Source: a candidate division FCPU426 bacterium
Lineage (GTDB): Bacteria; Oederibacteriota; Muellerivitia; Muellerivitales; Muellerivitaceae
Reading direction: 5' to 3'
NCBI GenBank assembly: GCA_963830915.1
Contig: CAWHOE010000047.1
Span: forward strand, 17,796 to 81,795
DNA length: 64,000 nucleotides
The notes under the pieces were generated by a model. That model did no database searches and had not been told where the DNA came from. It was given only the letters and a program-made list of their open reading frames with translations. Positions 10,615 through 20,781 of this stretch are shown piece after piece. Position 1 is the stretch's first letter. Every line of letters begins with the position of its first letter. The position numbers were made by a program, and so were the translations under genes.

Positions 10615-11435
10615 TCACCGGCTTTCTGGGGTGTCAAGAAACGGGCCCCCTTTTCGGGTATAAAACAGGGCAATACTCGCCGCCACAGCCACATTCAAGG
10701 ACTCAACTTGACCCATCATGGGTATTTTGAGGGATTGGTCACAAGCTTTTATCAATTCCTCGGGTAATCCCCCACCTTCCGAACCCACCCAGAGGACCAA
10801 TGGCATCTTCGGTTCATATCCGAACAAGGTTTTTTCCGAATTCCCGGTCAAAGCCAGGGATGTAAACCCGTTCCCCTTGTACCAAGCCAAATATTCTTCC
10901 CAAGGTTTATTTGAATCGAACGGAACTCGAAAGAGTGATCCCATAGAAGCTCGGACAACCTTTGGGTTGAAAGGATCGCAACAACCCTCGGTCAAAAAAA
11001 GTCCCTGGGCTCCAAATGCCTCGGCCGAGCGGAAAAGGGTACCCAAATTCCCAGCATCCTGGATCTGGTAAGCGGCCAAGAAAAGTCCAAAAGGAGGCTG
11101 GAGGTCTGCTTTGGGGGGTTTCGCTACCACCGCCAATATCCCTTGGGGTGTGACTGTATCGGCAAGATAGGTGACGGTCTTATTGGGTATCTCGAAACAT
11201 CGAACTTTAAGCCGATCGGCCTGAAGCAGGATTCCTGCCCCTCAGGACTGGTGTAACCCTTGGCCGTGGCGAACAGATAACGAATTTTCAGGTCCGAACG
11301 CAGAGCTTCTTTGACAAGATGGAAACCCTCGCAAAGAAAATCCTCGGATTCTTTTAACTTTTTGGGGACCTTCAAGGAATAAGCGTGTTTAACCATGGAA
11401 TTGCCGATGCTTTGAATGACAGGAATATTCGTCAT
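10615..11435 (-). CDS. TrmH/SpoU family RNA methyltransferase; single-base frameshift near 11231
   Basis: FLCEGFHLVKEAL, TVTPQGILAVV, IQDAGNLGTLFRSA, KVVRASMGS, GSEGGG, IPM..VESLNVAVA; split over two ORFs. Confidence 0.9.
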
Positions 11436-11461
11436 GAAAAATCCCTTCCGCATTCGGCTGC

Positions 11462-11498
11462 AAAAAAACACCCCTTACCCGGGAGGGCAAGGGGTGTG
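11462..11498 (-). terminator. Intrinsic terminator after rplT
   Basis: acaccccttgccc/gggtaaggggtgt hairpin followed by a T run on the minus strand. Confidence 0.75.
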
Positions 11499-11516
11499 GA
11501 AGCAACGAACCGTTCT

Positions 11517-11876
11517 TTAAGAAACCTTCGCGCCCTTGGCGGCTTCTACCAACAAGCCAAACGCCTTGGTATCCGTCAAGGCCAGATCCGCCAGGATCTT
11601 CCGATCCAGGTCGATTTCCGCTTTCTTCAGGCCGCTGATGAACTGGCTATAGGATAGCCCATGTTCCCTGACCGCGGCATTGATACGTGTGATCCAGAGG
11701 CGGCGAAATTCACGCTTGCGGGCCTTACGGTCCCTGAAGGCGTAATTGCCGGATCTTTTAGAGGCTTCCCGGACCGTCCGATATTGGCGGCTCTTGGCCC
11801 CGAAATAACCCTTGGTAAGTTTGAAGAACTTCTTTTTCCGCTTTCTTTTCGCGACTGCCCGCTTAATACGTGCCAT
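11517..11876 (-). CDS. rplT: 50S ribosomal protein L20
   Basis: [44 protein letters not shown]. Confidence 0.99.
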   Translation of the reverse strand: MARIKRAVAKRKRKKKFFKLTKGYFGAKSRQYRTVREASKRSGNYAFRDRKARKREFRRLWITRINAAVREHGLSYSQFISGLKKAEIDLDRKILADLALTDTKAFGLLVEAAKGAKVS

Positions 11877-11895
11877 TTTTCTCTCCGGATCTTTA

Positions 11896-12096
11896 TTAGA
11901 TTGAGATCATCCGCTTGATCTTGAGGGTATTGGTCGCCCCTAGGATCGTTTGGCGCTTCAACTGTCTCTTGCGCTTGGAGCTCTTATGGGCCAGCAAGTG
12001 GCCGCGCCCCATTTGCTTCTTGATCTTCAATTTCCCGCTCGCCGTCACTTTAAAACGCTTCAAAATGCTTTTTTTGGTTTTCCGTCCCTTACCCAT
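11896..12096 (-). CDS. rpmI: 50S ribosomal protein L35
   Basis: [41 protein letters not shown] before ATG; between infC and rplT. Confidence 0.95.
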   Translation of the reverse strand: MGKGRKTKKSILKRFKVTASGKLKIKKQMGRGHLLAHKSSKRKRQLKRQTILGATNTLKIKRMISI

Positions 12097-12655
12097 TTTC
12101 ACCTTCCTTTTCATTGACAGTTTCCTTGGCGGCCGGCCTTTGGGGCTTCGGATTGAACACCGCCACGATCTGCATCCCCTCATCCTTAGGGGGGGCTTCC
12201 AAGTCGCCCACGTCGGACAAATCCTCAATGACCCGGTCCATCAACTGCCGTCCGAGTTCTTTGTGGCTTAACTCCCTGCCCCTGAACATCAGGGTGACCT
12301 TGACCTTGTCGCCGTGGTCGAAGAAATTCCAGGCCATCCTGAGCTTGGTCTGGTAATCGTGTTCATCGATCTTGGGTCGGAGTTTGAGCTCCTTGACCTT
12401 GATGATCCGCTGTTTCTTGGAGGCTTCCTTTTCTTTCTTACGCTGGGCGTATTTGAACTTGCCGTAATTCAGGATCCGGCAAACAGGCGGCACACCATCC
12501 GGAGCTACTTCGACCAGATCCAAGTTTCTTTCTCTCGCGATGGTCAGGGCTTTGGAAAGATCGACGATCCCTAATTGCTCGCCCGCGTCTCCGACCAAAC
12601 GGACTTGTCTCGCGCGAATTTGATGGTTAATCCTTAATTCTTTTGACGAGGAAAT
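12089..12655 (-). CDS. infC: Translation initiation factor IF-3 (probable ATT start)
   Basis: RINHQIRARQVRLV, LDLVEVAP..PPVCRI, KELKLRPKIDEHDY, KVKVTLMFRGRE; AGGAGGTG is spaced for ATT at 12655 rather than GTG at 12661. Confidence 0.97.
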   Translation of the reverse strand: MSSSKELRINHQIRARQVRLVGDAGEQLGIVDLSKALTIARERNLDLVEVAPDGVPPVCRILNYGKFKYAQRKKEKEASKKQRIIKVKELKLRPKIDEHDYQTKLRMAWNFFDHGDKVKVTLMFRGRELSHKELGRQLMDRVIEDLSDVGDLEAPPKDEGMQIVAVFNPKPQRPAAKETVNEKEGENG

Positions 12656-12685
12656 AAGCACCCACCTCCTAATTTATTAAAAAAC

Positions 12686-12804
12686 AAAAAAAGGACGAAG
12701 CCATAGGGCCCCGTCCTTTTCCATTCAACGCAATAGCTTGATGAAAACGTAACCCTTTCGCGCCAACGGGCTGGAGGGTGAGGAGACGGAATCCCCTGCT
12801 TGAA
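12686..12804 (-). ncRNA. L20-leader-like cis-regulatory RNA with terminator
   Basis: 5' AAGCAGGGGATTCCGTCTCCTCACCC resembles the Firmicute infC leader; ends in an aaggacggggcc/ggcttcgtcctt hairpin plus T run upstream of infC. Confidence 0.6.
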
Positions 12805-12810
12805 GCATGA

Positions 12811-12839
12811 ATAGTACTGGCAGGGGTTTTCTTTGTCAA
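12811..12839 (-). promoter_or_regulatory. Sigma70 promoter for infC-rpmI-rplT
   Basis: TTGACA-17 nt-TACTAT. Confidence 0.75.
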
Positions 12840-12860
12840 AGCTTTTTTCAGGAAATGGGC

Positions 12861-14688
12861 TTAAAGAGGCAAATCAACATCGGGGAAATTATCCATGATC
12901 CTATCCCTGACCATGGACAAGAGCGCTGTCTGCGCCTTGGCCATAGGAACCTGCGCCTGTTTTTCCGCCGCATATCGGCGCCAAGTCACCGTCACATCCT
13001 TGACCTCATTGGAGCCAACGATCCAGATATTCGGGACCTTCTTGGTGATGGCGTTGCGGACTTTTTTGGAGAAAGAATCATTGGTGGAGTCCACCTCGAC
13101 CCGGATCATTTGGGCATGGAGGTCGCCTGCCATCTGATTGGCGTATGGAAGGAAATCCTCCGCCACAGGAACGATCTTCACTTGCGTCGGCGAAAGCCAA
13201 GTGGGGAAAGCCCCACCCCAGCGCTCGATCAGGAAGGATATGAAACGTTCGTGCGTACCCAAGGGAGCCCGGTGGATGATGAAGGGTCTTTGTTTGGAGC
13301 CATCCTGCGCCGTATATTCCAGTTGGAACCTTTCGGGCATGGTGAAATCAAGCTGCACGGTCGCCGCGGTCTCTTCCCTGCCCCAGCACATTCTCGGTTT
13401 GGTAGTCGATCTTGGGGCCATAAAAAGCCGCCTCCCCCATGACCTCCTCGTATTCCACTTCCAATTCCTTCAGGACTTCCCTCAGGATGTTCTCGGTTTT
13501 GACCCACAATTCCTCGTTCTCCGTGAACTTTTCCTTATCCTGGTCATGGAGGGATAAACGCACCCATATTTTATCCATGCGGAATTTCTCGAAATACAAC
13601 TTGTGCATCGCCACGACTTTCTTGATCTCGTCCTTGATCTGGTCTTGGGTGCAATAGATATGGGCGTCGTTCATGGACAATCCCCGAACCCTCAGCAAGC
13701 CGGCCAACTGTCCGGATTTCTCGAAACGATAGACCGTGCCATATTCGGCCAGGCGCAAAGGTAGTTCCCGGTAACTCCTGGGACGGCTCAAGTAGATCAT
13801 GTGATGGTGGGGACAGTTCATGGGTTTCAGGTAGAACTCCTCCGGGGGCGAATCCGGATCCTTTTCCACGGTGCGCATGGGCGGGAACATGGAGTCCTTG
13901 TACAACTGGAGATGTCCGGAAAGCTTGTACAATTCCCCGTTGGCGATATGGGGTGTGGCCACGCGGACGTAGCCGTCCTTGAACTCAAGTTCCTTGGCGA
14001 ATTTCTCCAGCTCTTCCCTGATCACCGTACCGTTCGGTAGCCAAAGAGGGAGACCCTTCCCCACGTGCTCATCGATAGTGAAAAGCTCGAGTTCCTGTCC
14101 CAGTTTTCGATGGTCCCGTTTGAGCGCCAATTCCCGGCTCTTGATGAACTCCTTGAGTTCGCTTTCCGATGGGAAACAAAGCCCATAGATGCGGGTCAAC
14201 ATGGGCCGTTTGACGTCCCCCCGCCAATAACTGCCGGCGATGGAATCCAATTTGAAGGCCATGACCGGGATCTGGGATGTGTTCTCCACATGGGGTCCCT
14301 CGCACATGTCCACAAAGGTCCCGCTCTTGTAGAAACTCAGTGATTCGTTCTCCTGGATCAGCTCCTGGGCGTACTCCACCTTGAGCTTTTGACCCATCGT
14401 TTCCAACTTTTTCATCGCTTCGGCCTTGGGAAGTTCTTCCCGTTGGAAGGTTTCCTTCTCTTGAAGGATCTTTCGCATCCTTTTTTCCAGGTCCGGCAGA
14501 TCGGATTCGGTCAATGGTTCTTCCAGCATGAAATCGTAATAGAAGCCTGTGCGGATGGGGGGGCCAAAACCCAACTGAGCCTTGGGGCGCACCTGAAGGA
14601 CAGCTTGGGCCAGGACATGGGCCATGGAATGGCGCATCTTGAAGAGCGCCTCGTCCATCCTATGTTTCGGTTCGTATTTATCGGACAT
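12861..14688 (-). CDS. thrS: Threonine-tRNA ligase (no N-terminal TGS domain); single-base frameshift near 13381
   Basis: RHSMAHVLAQA, DMCEGPH, RDHRKLG, KPMNCPHH, AAFYGPKID, IHRAPLGTHERF; removing one G from the GGGG run joins the frames. Confidence 0.97.
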
Positions 14689-14735
14689 GGGGATTCCAAT
14701 GAAGAAAGATGATGGCAGGCATTCGAGCGAGAAAA

Positions 14736-14812
14736 TGGTGGGCGTAACTGGACTCGAACCAGTGACCCCTTCCATGTCAAGGAAGTACTCTAACCAACTG
14801 AGCTATACGCCC
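14736..14812 (-). tRNA. tRNA-Val(GAC)
   Basis: GGGCGTA/TACGCCC acceptor stem, CTTCC-TTGACAT-GGAAG anticodon arm, GGTTCGAGTCC, CCA. Confidence 0.97.
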
Positions 14813-15014
14813 CGCTTGAACCTGATCCGCCTCTGTAAACCGGCTACCTAAAGAATGGTTATTTTAACCAACCCCGAAGCAATAATCCAATCCCAATGGG
14901 ATAACCGTCCTTTTTAAATCCAAAGGTTTGGGAGGGAAGATTTTATCCGACAATCCCGAACTGTCCACTTTTTATTTTGAATTCCTGTCCTCTAGACCCA
15001 TTCCATCCCGTCTT

Positions 15015-16541
15015 TCAAAGGCAATGAGCGGGTTTCATCAGGTCAAAAACAGTCTTCACGGGATTAAAAGTTTCCAAAGGCACTTCAACGAACAGGGTGA
15101 TCCAATCAGCCATTGCCCCATTCCATAAGCCGGGTAATTCGATGGCTTTTAAATCCCGTCCCAACATGGACTTTTGGCTGAAAAAAACAGCGTTCCCGTC
15201 GACGAAATCCTTCAGATCGAACGGGTTCCCTTTCCAATCCCTTACCCCGCAAACCAGATCGACCGGGTTGAAATGGGTTGCCTTTCGCAGGATATCCAAT
15301 TGTTCGGAAGAATGGGGATCGACTTGTGATTGTTCAACGATCTGCAACGTCAATTTCCCTTTTGGGTCCTTGACCCAAAAGGGGCCGCCCCCAGGCCCGC
15401 CCGTGTTCTTCACCATTCCGCAAACCCGTATAGGGCGGTTCAATAGGTCGATCAAGAGCCGTTGTGCCGTAGGACTTTCCAGTTCGTTCGAGCCCAGTGG
15501 AAGCCTCAACTCTTGAATGATGAAATTTTTGATATCAGCCGACACGACCTTTTCAACGTTCAAAACCCTCAGAAAATGAAAAACACGTTCTTGAACCTTG
15601 GCCAAATGGCCGATCAGTATTTTTCTCCAGGGCACGATCCGTTCCAGCCAGGACTCGACCGCGACATTGTCGATATTGGTGATATAAACCAAGTCGCCCC
15701 CAAGTTCGTTCAAGTTTTCCAGCAAAGCCCCATGTCCTCCCGGGCGAAAAACCAACTGCCCATTGGTGTCCCGGAAAGGCTTATTTTGAAAATCAACGGC
15801 CAGTGTGTCGGTGGACGGTTTTTGGACCGAGTAATCCACCTGCCATTGGGAAGAATATTTTTCCCCATACATGGCCCTGGATCGGTCGACTTGAAGGCGG
15901 AATTCATCCCTAAAATCTTCCGAAACCGTGAAATGGATCCGACACAAGCCTTTATCATCCTTCAAGAAATAGGTCGAATCGATCAAATGTTCGGTCACGG
16001 GAGACCGGGTTTCCCCGGGATAAAGATGGAAAGGGATCAAACCCTTGGGTCGTTGAGCGTAATTCATACCATCGGGGTTCAACAGCACTTTCAATATTTC
16101 CTGGTAGCGCCTGTCCACGAGCAAGGACCTTACGTCCATACCTTTTTGTTGGAAATGATCTTGTAATTCTGGGAAAAAACCACGGCGTGGCAGGTCATCC
16201 ATGAATTCCCGGACCCGGTCCCCTTCCCCATCCGCCATTCGATCCAGCGATACCGCGCCTTGGGAATATTTGATCAAGAATTGGAACATCCGGGTGGCCG
16301 CCCCGGAGGCAGGCACGAACTTCATCAACCGGCCTTGGGCGCGTGACCTTTCGAAATGCTCAAGCGCTGATTGGCGTTGGGTAAGGTCCAAAGAAAGTAT
16401 CCCATCCCCAATGACAGCGGGACGCTCGAGATGGATGAAAGGGGGCGGGTCTTTAAACAGGGATAACTGGCAGTCGGCTTCCGAGGGATCGATCGAACGG
16501 GTTCTCATCTGCCTTAGATCTTCATCCGACCAATGGGACAT
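15015..16541 (-). CDS. DUF4301 family protein (nucleotidyltransferase-like)
   Basis: KFVPASGAATRMF, PKGLIPFH, FRPGGHGALLENLN, RPIRVCGMVKN, THFNPVDLVC, ELPGLWNGAMA. Confidence 0.92.
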   Translation of the reverse strand: MSHWSDEDLRQMRTRSIDPSEADCQLSLFKDPPPFIHLERPAVIGDGILSLDLTQRQSALEHFERSRAQGRLMKFVPASGAATRMFQFLIKYSQGAVSLDRMADGEGDRVREFMDDLPRRGFFPELQDHFQQKGMDVRSLLVDRRYQEILKVLLNPDGMNYAQRPKGLIPFHLYPGETRSPVTEHLIDSTYFLKDDKGLCRIHFTVSEDFRDEFRLQVDRSRAMYGEKYSSQWQVDYSVQKPSTDTLAVDFQNKPFRDTNGQLVFRPGGHGALLENLNELGGDLVYITNIDNVAVESWLERIVPWRKILIGHLAKVQERVFHFLRVLNVEKVVSADIKNFIIQELRLPLGSNELESPTAQRLLIDLLNRPIRVCGMVKNTGGPGGGPFWVKDPKGKLTLQIVEQSQVDPHSSEQLDILRKATHFNPVDLVCGVRDWKGNPFDLKDFVDGNAVFFSQKSMLGRDLKAIELPGLWNGAMADWITLFVEVPLETFNPVKTVFDLMKPAHCL

Positions 16542-16579
16542 TCGGACGTCTCCTGGAGGACTCCATCTTCTACAAAAAT

Positions 16580-16655
16580 TGGAGGCGGCAGGCGGATTTG
16601 AACCGCCGAATCGCGGTTTTGCAGACCGCTCCCTTAACCACTTGGGTATGCCGCC
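16580..16655 (-). tRNA. tRNA-Cys(GCA)
   Basis: GGCGGCA acceptor stem, GCGGT-CTGCAAA-ACCGC anticodon arm, GGTTCAAATCC, CCA. Confidence 0.96.
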
Positions 16656-16758
16656 CCGAAAGGAACGCCCAGGGGCTTGACCTTAGACGTCACGCGGACC
16701 TTCGCGGGACCGACCAGCGAAAAAAACCGTGATTTACCTCCCGTCGGAGGAACATAGA

Positions 16759-16833
<75 letters not shown>

Positions 16834-16947
16834 GTGGTTCCAAAGGCTCAATGGCCCAACTGGACGTCGAATTATACTTTTGACCTTATCTTGAGTCAAT
16901 TCACTTTAAGCCGATTGTTGGGGTACCCGATAGGCCGCTTGAAAGGC

Positions 16948-17769
16948 CTAGTCTTTCTTCAGGCCAAGATCCTTGACGACCTGCTCGATGATATCAGCGT
17001 CGATGCTTTCTCTTTTGAGCAGGTAACCCTCCAACATGGCATTGTCACAGGTCGTATTGATCAGCCGTGGGATACCCTTGGTATAGTCGAAGATCTTCTG
17101 GTAGGCGTTGGCCGTGAATATCTGCTTGTCGCATCCGGCCACGCTCAACCGATGCCGGATATATTGCTCGCTGGTTTCCCGGGTCAGGGATTTGATGAAG
17201 AATTTCATGGCCATCCGCTGATACAGGGGCGGGTCCAAGGCCAGGTATTTTTCCAATTCAGGCAAACCCAACAGAACGATCGAGATGAGTTTTCTGCCCG
17301 GAACCTCCAGGTTCAGAAGGCCTCGGAACTCCTCGAAGATCTCTTTTTTTTGCAACATGTTGGCTTCATCGATGAGAACCACCGCTTTGCGGCCCTCCTC
17401 GTAGATCTTCATCAGCCGTTCATACAACTGGGAAATGATCTGACCCTTGGCCTCGCTCGGGTTTTCTACCCCCAATTGATGGGCGATCTTCTTGAGCATC
17501 CATTCGGCGGATATTTCACTGTGGACAATGACCAGGAGGGTGGCTTCGTACTGGGGATCTTGTTCGAGTTTTTCGAGGGCTTTGCGCGCCAGCAAGGTCT
17601 TGCCCGCGCCGATGTCGCCCACCACGACCGTCAAACCCTTCATGGTGTCAACGGCGTGCAGCATCCGGACCATGGCCTCGGCGTGCTGACTGCTTTCGTA
17701 ATAAAAACGGCTGTCGGGAGCGTTGGAGAACGCCTGTTCCTTCAAGCCGTAGAAATTCTCGTAGCTCAT
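16948..17769 (-). CDS. ExeA/GspA-like AAA ATPase
   Basis: YENFYGLKEQAFSNAPD, GDIGAGKT, LIDEAN, LLGLPEL, GIPRLINTTCDNAML. Confidence 0.9.
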   Translation of the reverse strand: MSYENFYGLKEQAFSNAPDSRFYYESSQHAEAMVRMLHAVDTMKGLTVVVGDIGAGKTLLARKALEKLEQDPQYEATLLVIVHSEISAEWMLKKIAHQLGVENPSEAKGQIISQLYERLMKIYEEGRKAVVLIDEANMLQKKEIFEEFRGLLNLEVPGRKLISIVLLGLPELEKYLALDPPLYQRMAMKFFIKSLTRETSEQYIRHRLSVAGCDKQIFTANAYQKIFDYTKGIPRLINTTCDNAMLEGYLLKRESIDADIIEQVVKDLGLKKD

Positions 17770-17788
17770 TGCTCGCCCTTTTTCAAAA

Positions 17789-20431
17789 TCAAACGTAGCC
17801 TACCCTATTTGACTTTTTTTTGCCACTTGAATCTTTGGCGGGCTCTGGGGCGTTTTTTTCTTCCTTTGGAGTCGGTTCAGGAACTTTTTCTATCGTCGGA
17901 GGAGTAGGCGCGGATGTCACGGGCGCTGCGGGCGCAGGATTTTTGGTCTTTAACAAGCTCTGAAGATCGTCCCATTTCTTCTTGGCCTCCAGATTATCCG
18001 GTTCCAATTGCAGTATCCGCTTGTAGATCTTGGAAGCCTCCTCGTACAGTCCTTGGCGGGTATAGATGTCCGCCACGGCGATCGTCATGAATTCATCCTT
18101 GCCTTCTTCGACCAGGCTGTCACCTTTCGAGGAGGATTCCATGCTCATGCTCTTCAGGTCCACCAAAGGCTCGACCTTCTTCACGGACCTTTCAGCCTCT
18201 TCCCTGGCTTTCTTCTCAGCCTCTTCCTTGGCCTTCTTCTCGGCTTCTTCCCTGGCTTTTCGTTCAGCCTCTTCTTTGGCTTTCTTTTCAGCCTCTTCTT
18301 TGGCCCGCTTTTCTATTTCTTCCTTGGCTTTTCGTTCAGCTTCTTCCTTGGCCTTTTTCTCGGCTTCTTCTTTTACTTTTGTTTCCAGTTCTTCCCGTAT
18401 CTTTCGTTCCAGTTCTTCCTTGATCTTTCTATCGGCTTCTTCCTTGGCCATCCTTTCCATTTCTTCTTTGGCTTTCTTTTCCGCCTCTTCCCTCGCCTTC
18501 TTTTCAGCGCTTTCTCGAGCGATACGCTCTATCTCCATTTTAGCTTTCAATTCGGCTTCTTCCCTGGCTTTACGTTCCAACTCGGTTTTGGCCCTCGCTT
18601 CCGCCTCGACCTTGGCTTTTTGTTCCATCTCGGCCCTTAACCGTTTGGCTTCATCATGGGCCTTCTTCTCCATTTCGGCCCGGAGAACTTTTTCTTCCTC
18701 TTCCTTGACCTTTTTCTCCGCCTCAATAGCTCCGATCACATCCTCGCCTGTTTTCACATAGGCGGTATAGGCAAGGTTCAACTTTTCCTTGATCTCGGGT
18801 TTATCCGGGAAGGTCTCGACCAGATGCTGGTATATCTCAATGGCCTCCTCGACCATGCCCTGTTTCACGAAATTGTCCGCGATCGAAAGTTCCGCCTTCC
18901 AATCATCGGATGTATCCAACTCAATGACGGTCGATTTCGCGGGTTCAGGAGGCGGGGTCACGGCCTCGACCGGAGGCGGACTGGTACGTTCCGAGCTTGC
19001 TTGGGGTTTTTCAGCTTCCTTTTCCAGGTCCATTACCCCTGAAGACGCCGCAGGCTTAATTTCCACAGGAGCTTTTGTCTCCGCGGGGGCTTTGGGCGGT
19101 TCAGCCGGGGCCTGAGCTTTATCCACCACTGCCCCGACCACCATTTTTTGGGTTTCGGTATGGTCTGGATTCAGCTCCAGGATCTTCCGGGCCAATTCTT
19201 GGACCTTATCCTTCTTTTGTTGTTTCTCGTAGATCGGGATGGCTTTGGAAAAGGCCTCGACGGCTCCGTCTTTGTCCCCATTGATCTTAAGCAACTCACC
19301 CAACTTCTCCCGAAAGGCCGCGTTGTTCTCATCAAGGGAAGCCCTGTTTTTCGCGAATTCCAACGCTTTTTTGAAATCGTTTTTCGCTTCGTATTTTTCG
19401 ACCAATACGCCGAAGGCCGTGATGGCCTCGTTCTTTGACCCGCTTTTTTTCAGGGAAACCTCAGCCAAGGCCTCTATGGCCAACAAATTCTCTTTATCGA
19501 CCTTTAAGGCTTTTTGGATGTTCTCGCTCGCTTTATCGAATTGATTCTGTTCCATTTGAACTCGGGCCAAATGGACCAGCGCCCCGATATGGTTCACCTT
19601 GAACCTGAGCAGGCTCTCGAACTCGGATTTGGCTTCCGAATATTGCTGCTTTTTGTAATAAACCAAGCCCAAAACATAATGGGCCTCGATGCTCTTGAAC
19701 TCGACAGCCTTCAAGCCGTACTGGTATGCCTTCTCCAGGTCGTTCTGGTTCAAGGCCAGTTCCGCGATGATCAGGTATTCTTTTTTCGCGTCGCTTTCCG
19801 AGCCTTGTTTGATGAAGATCTGGGCGAGGTTCGACCTTCCCTCAATATTATTTGGCTCGAGCTGGACCACTTTCTGGAACATCTCCTGAGCCTTCTTATA
19901 TAAACGGTGGTTGAGAAAGTTCGTGCCCAACACTTGGTATTCCTTGACCGCTTCCGCGGCCAGTCCCTTTTTCTCGAAAAGTTCCCCCAGATTGGCGTAA
20001 GCCGCTAGGTTCTCAGGATCCAGGCTGATGACTTCTTTCAAGGCCTCTATGGCAGAATCGATATCACCCTGTTCAATGGCCGATTCGGCCTTGATGGTTT
20101 GTTTGATGAGATTTTGTCGTTTTTGTGATTCGGGAGGGAGAGAACTTGAATCTAAAGCGGCTAATTTTTTATTAACGATGACCGATTTTTCAGTTTGTCC
20201 ACGGGCGGAAAAGTCCGTCGAAACCTTGATGTACTCGTCAAAGGCCTCGCGAACAGCTCCTTTTTTGACATAGACATCGCCCAACATGTTATGGGTGTTG
20301 ATGTCTTCAGGATCCAACGCGATGAGCTTTTTGTATTCCTCGATCGCTTTGTCCCAGCGGCCTTCCTGGAAATAGATATAGGCCATTTTAACGATGTTTT
20401 TTTTGTCACCACCGCTAGCTGGAACGTTCAT
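17789..20431 (-). CDS. Large TPR protein with a charged EEAE(K/R)KA(K/R) repeat helix
   Basis: Many TPRs; 24-bp coding repeats at about 18190-18700; C-terminal TIAVADIYTRQG TPR. Confidence 0.85.
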   Translation of the reverse strand: MNVPASGGDKKNIVKMAYIYFQEGRWDKAIEEYKKLIALDPEDINTHNMLGDVYVKKGAVREAFDEYIKVSTDFSARGQTEKSVIVNKKLAALDSSSLPPESQKRQNLIKQTIKAESAIEQGDIDSAIEALKEVISLDPENLAAYANLGELFEKKGLAAEAVKEYQVLGTNFLNHRLYKKAQEMFQKVVQLEPNNIEGRSNLAQIFIKQGSESDAKKEYLIIAELALNQNDLEKAYQYGLKAVEFKSIEAHYVLGLVYYKKQQYSEAKSEFESLLRFKVNHIGALVHLARVQMEQNQFDKASENIQKALKVDKENLLAIEALAEVSLKKSGSKNEAITAFGVLVEKYEAKNDFKKALEFAKNRASLDENNAAFREKLGELLKINGDKDGAVEAFSKAIPIYEKQQKKDKVQELARKILELNPDHTETQKMVVGAVVDKAQAPAEPPKAPAETKAPVEIKPAASSGVMDLEKEAEKPQASSERTSPPPVEAVTPPPEPAKSTVIELDTSDDWKAELSIADNFVKQGMVEEAIEIYQHLVETFPDKPEIKEKLNLAYTAYVKTGEDVIGAIEAEKKVKEEEEKVLRAEMEKKAHDEAKRLRAEMEQKAKVEAEARAKTELERKAREEAELKAKMEIERIARESAEKKAREEAEKKAKEEMERMAKEEADRKIKEELERKIREELETKVKEEAEKKAKEEAERKAKEEIEKRAKEEAEKKAKEEAERKAREEAEKKAKEEAEKKAREEAERSVKKVEPLVDLKSMSMESSSKGDSLVEEGKDEFMTIAVADIYTRQGLYEEASKIYKRILQLEPDNLEAKKKWDDLQSLLKTKNPAPAAPVTSAPTPPTIEKVPEPTPKEEKNAPEPAKDSSGKKKSNRVGYV

Positions 20432-20781
20432 ATAACCCCTGGTTGACTTTTAACCGGCGAAAAAAGTAACCCCTGGTTTTTAACGAAAAATTCAGGGAAT
20501 TTCTTAGAGTATCTCAATTCGTACTATAACATTGGCATTTTCAGTTCGCAAGGTAATGAGCCTTATTTCACTGGGGTTTTAGGGTCATCAGGGCAATAAG
20601 ACGTTTAACAAGACCCAAACAAATCCCATTTCCCCTTGTATCCATGAGTAACCAAGAGAATAACCCTTTAGGAGACCAAATTAGCTGAATGATACAATGA
20701 CCCGCCATTTGAACGATTGGCGGAATGGATACTACAAGATGCGGTTAACGGTCTTGTGGATCTCTAAAAAAGAAATCCTTA

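Noticed and set aside
13348..13421. Programmed frameshift or split thrS
   Set aside because: One extra G in a homopolymer plus four similar lesions elsewhere points to sequencing error.
14689..14775. N-terminal extension of thrS in the ORF track
   Set aside because: It overlaps tRNA-Val; ATG at 14688 is the more plausible start.
20433..20478. 12-bp direct repeat taacccctggtt
   Set aside because: Only two copies, one coinciding with an RBS-like sequence; could be chance.
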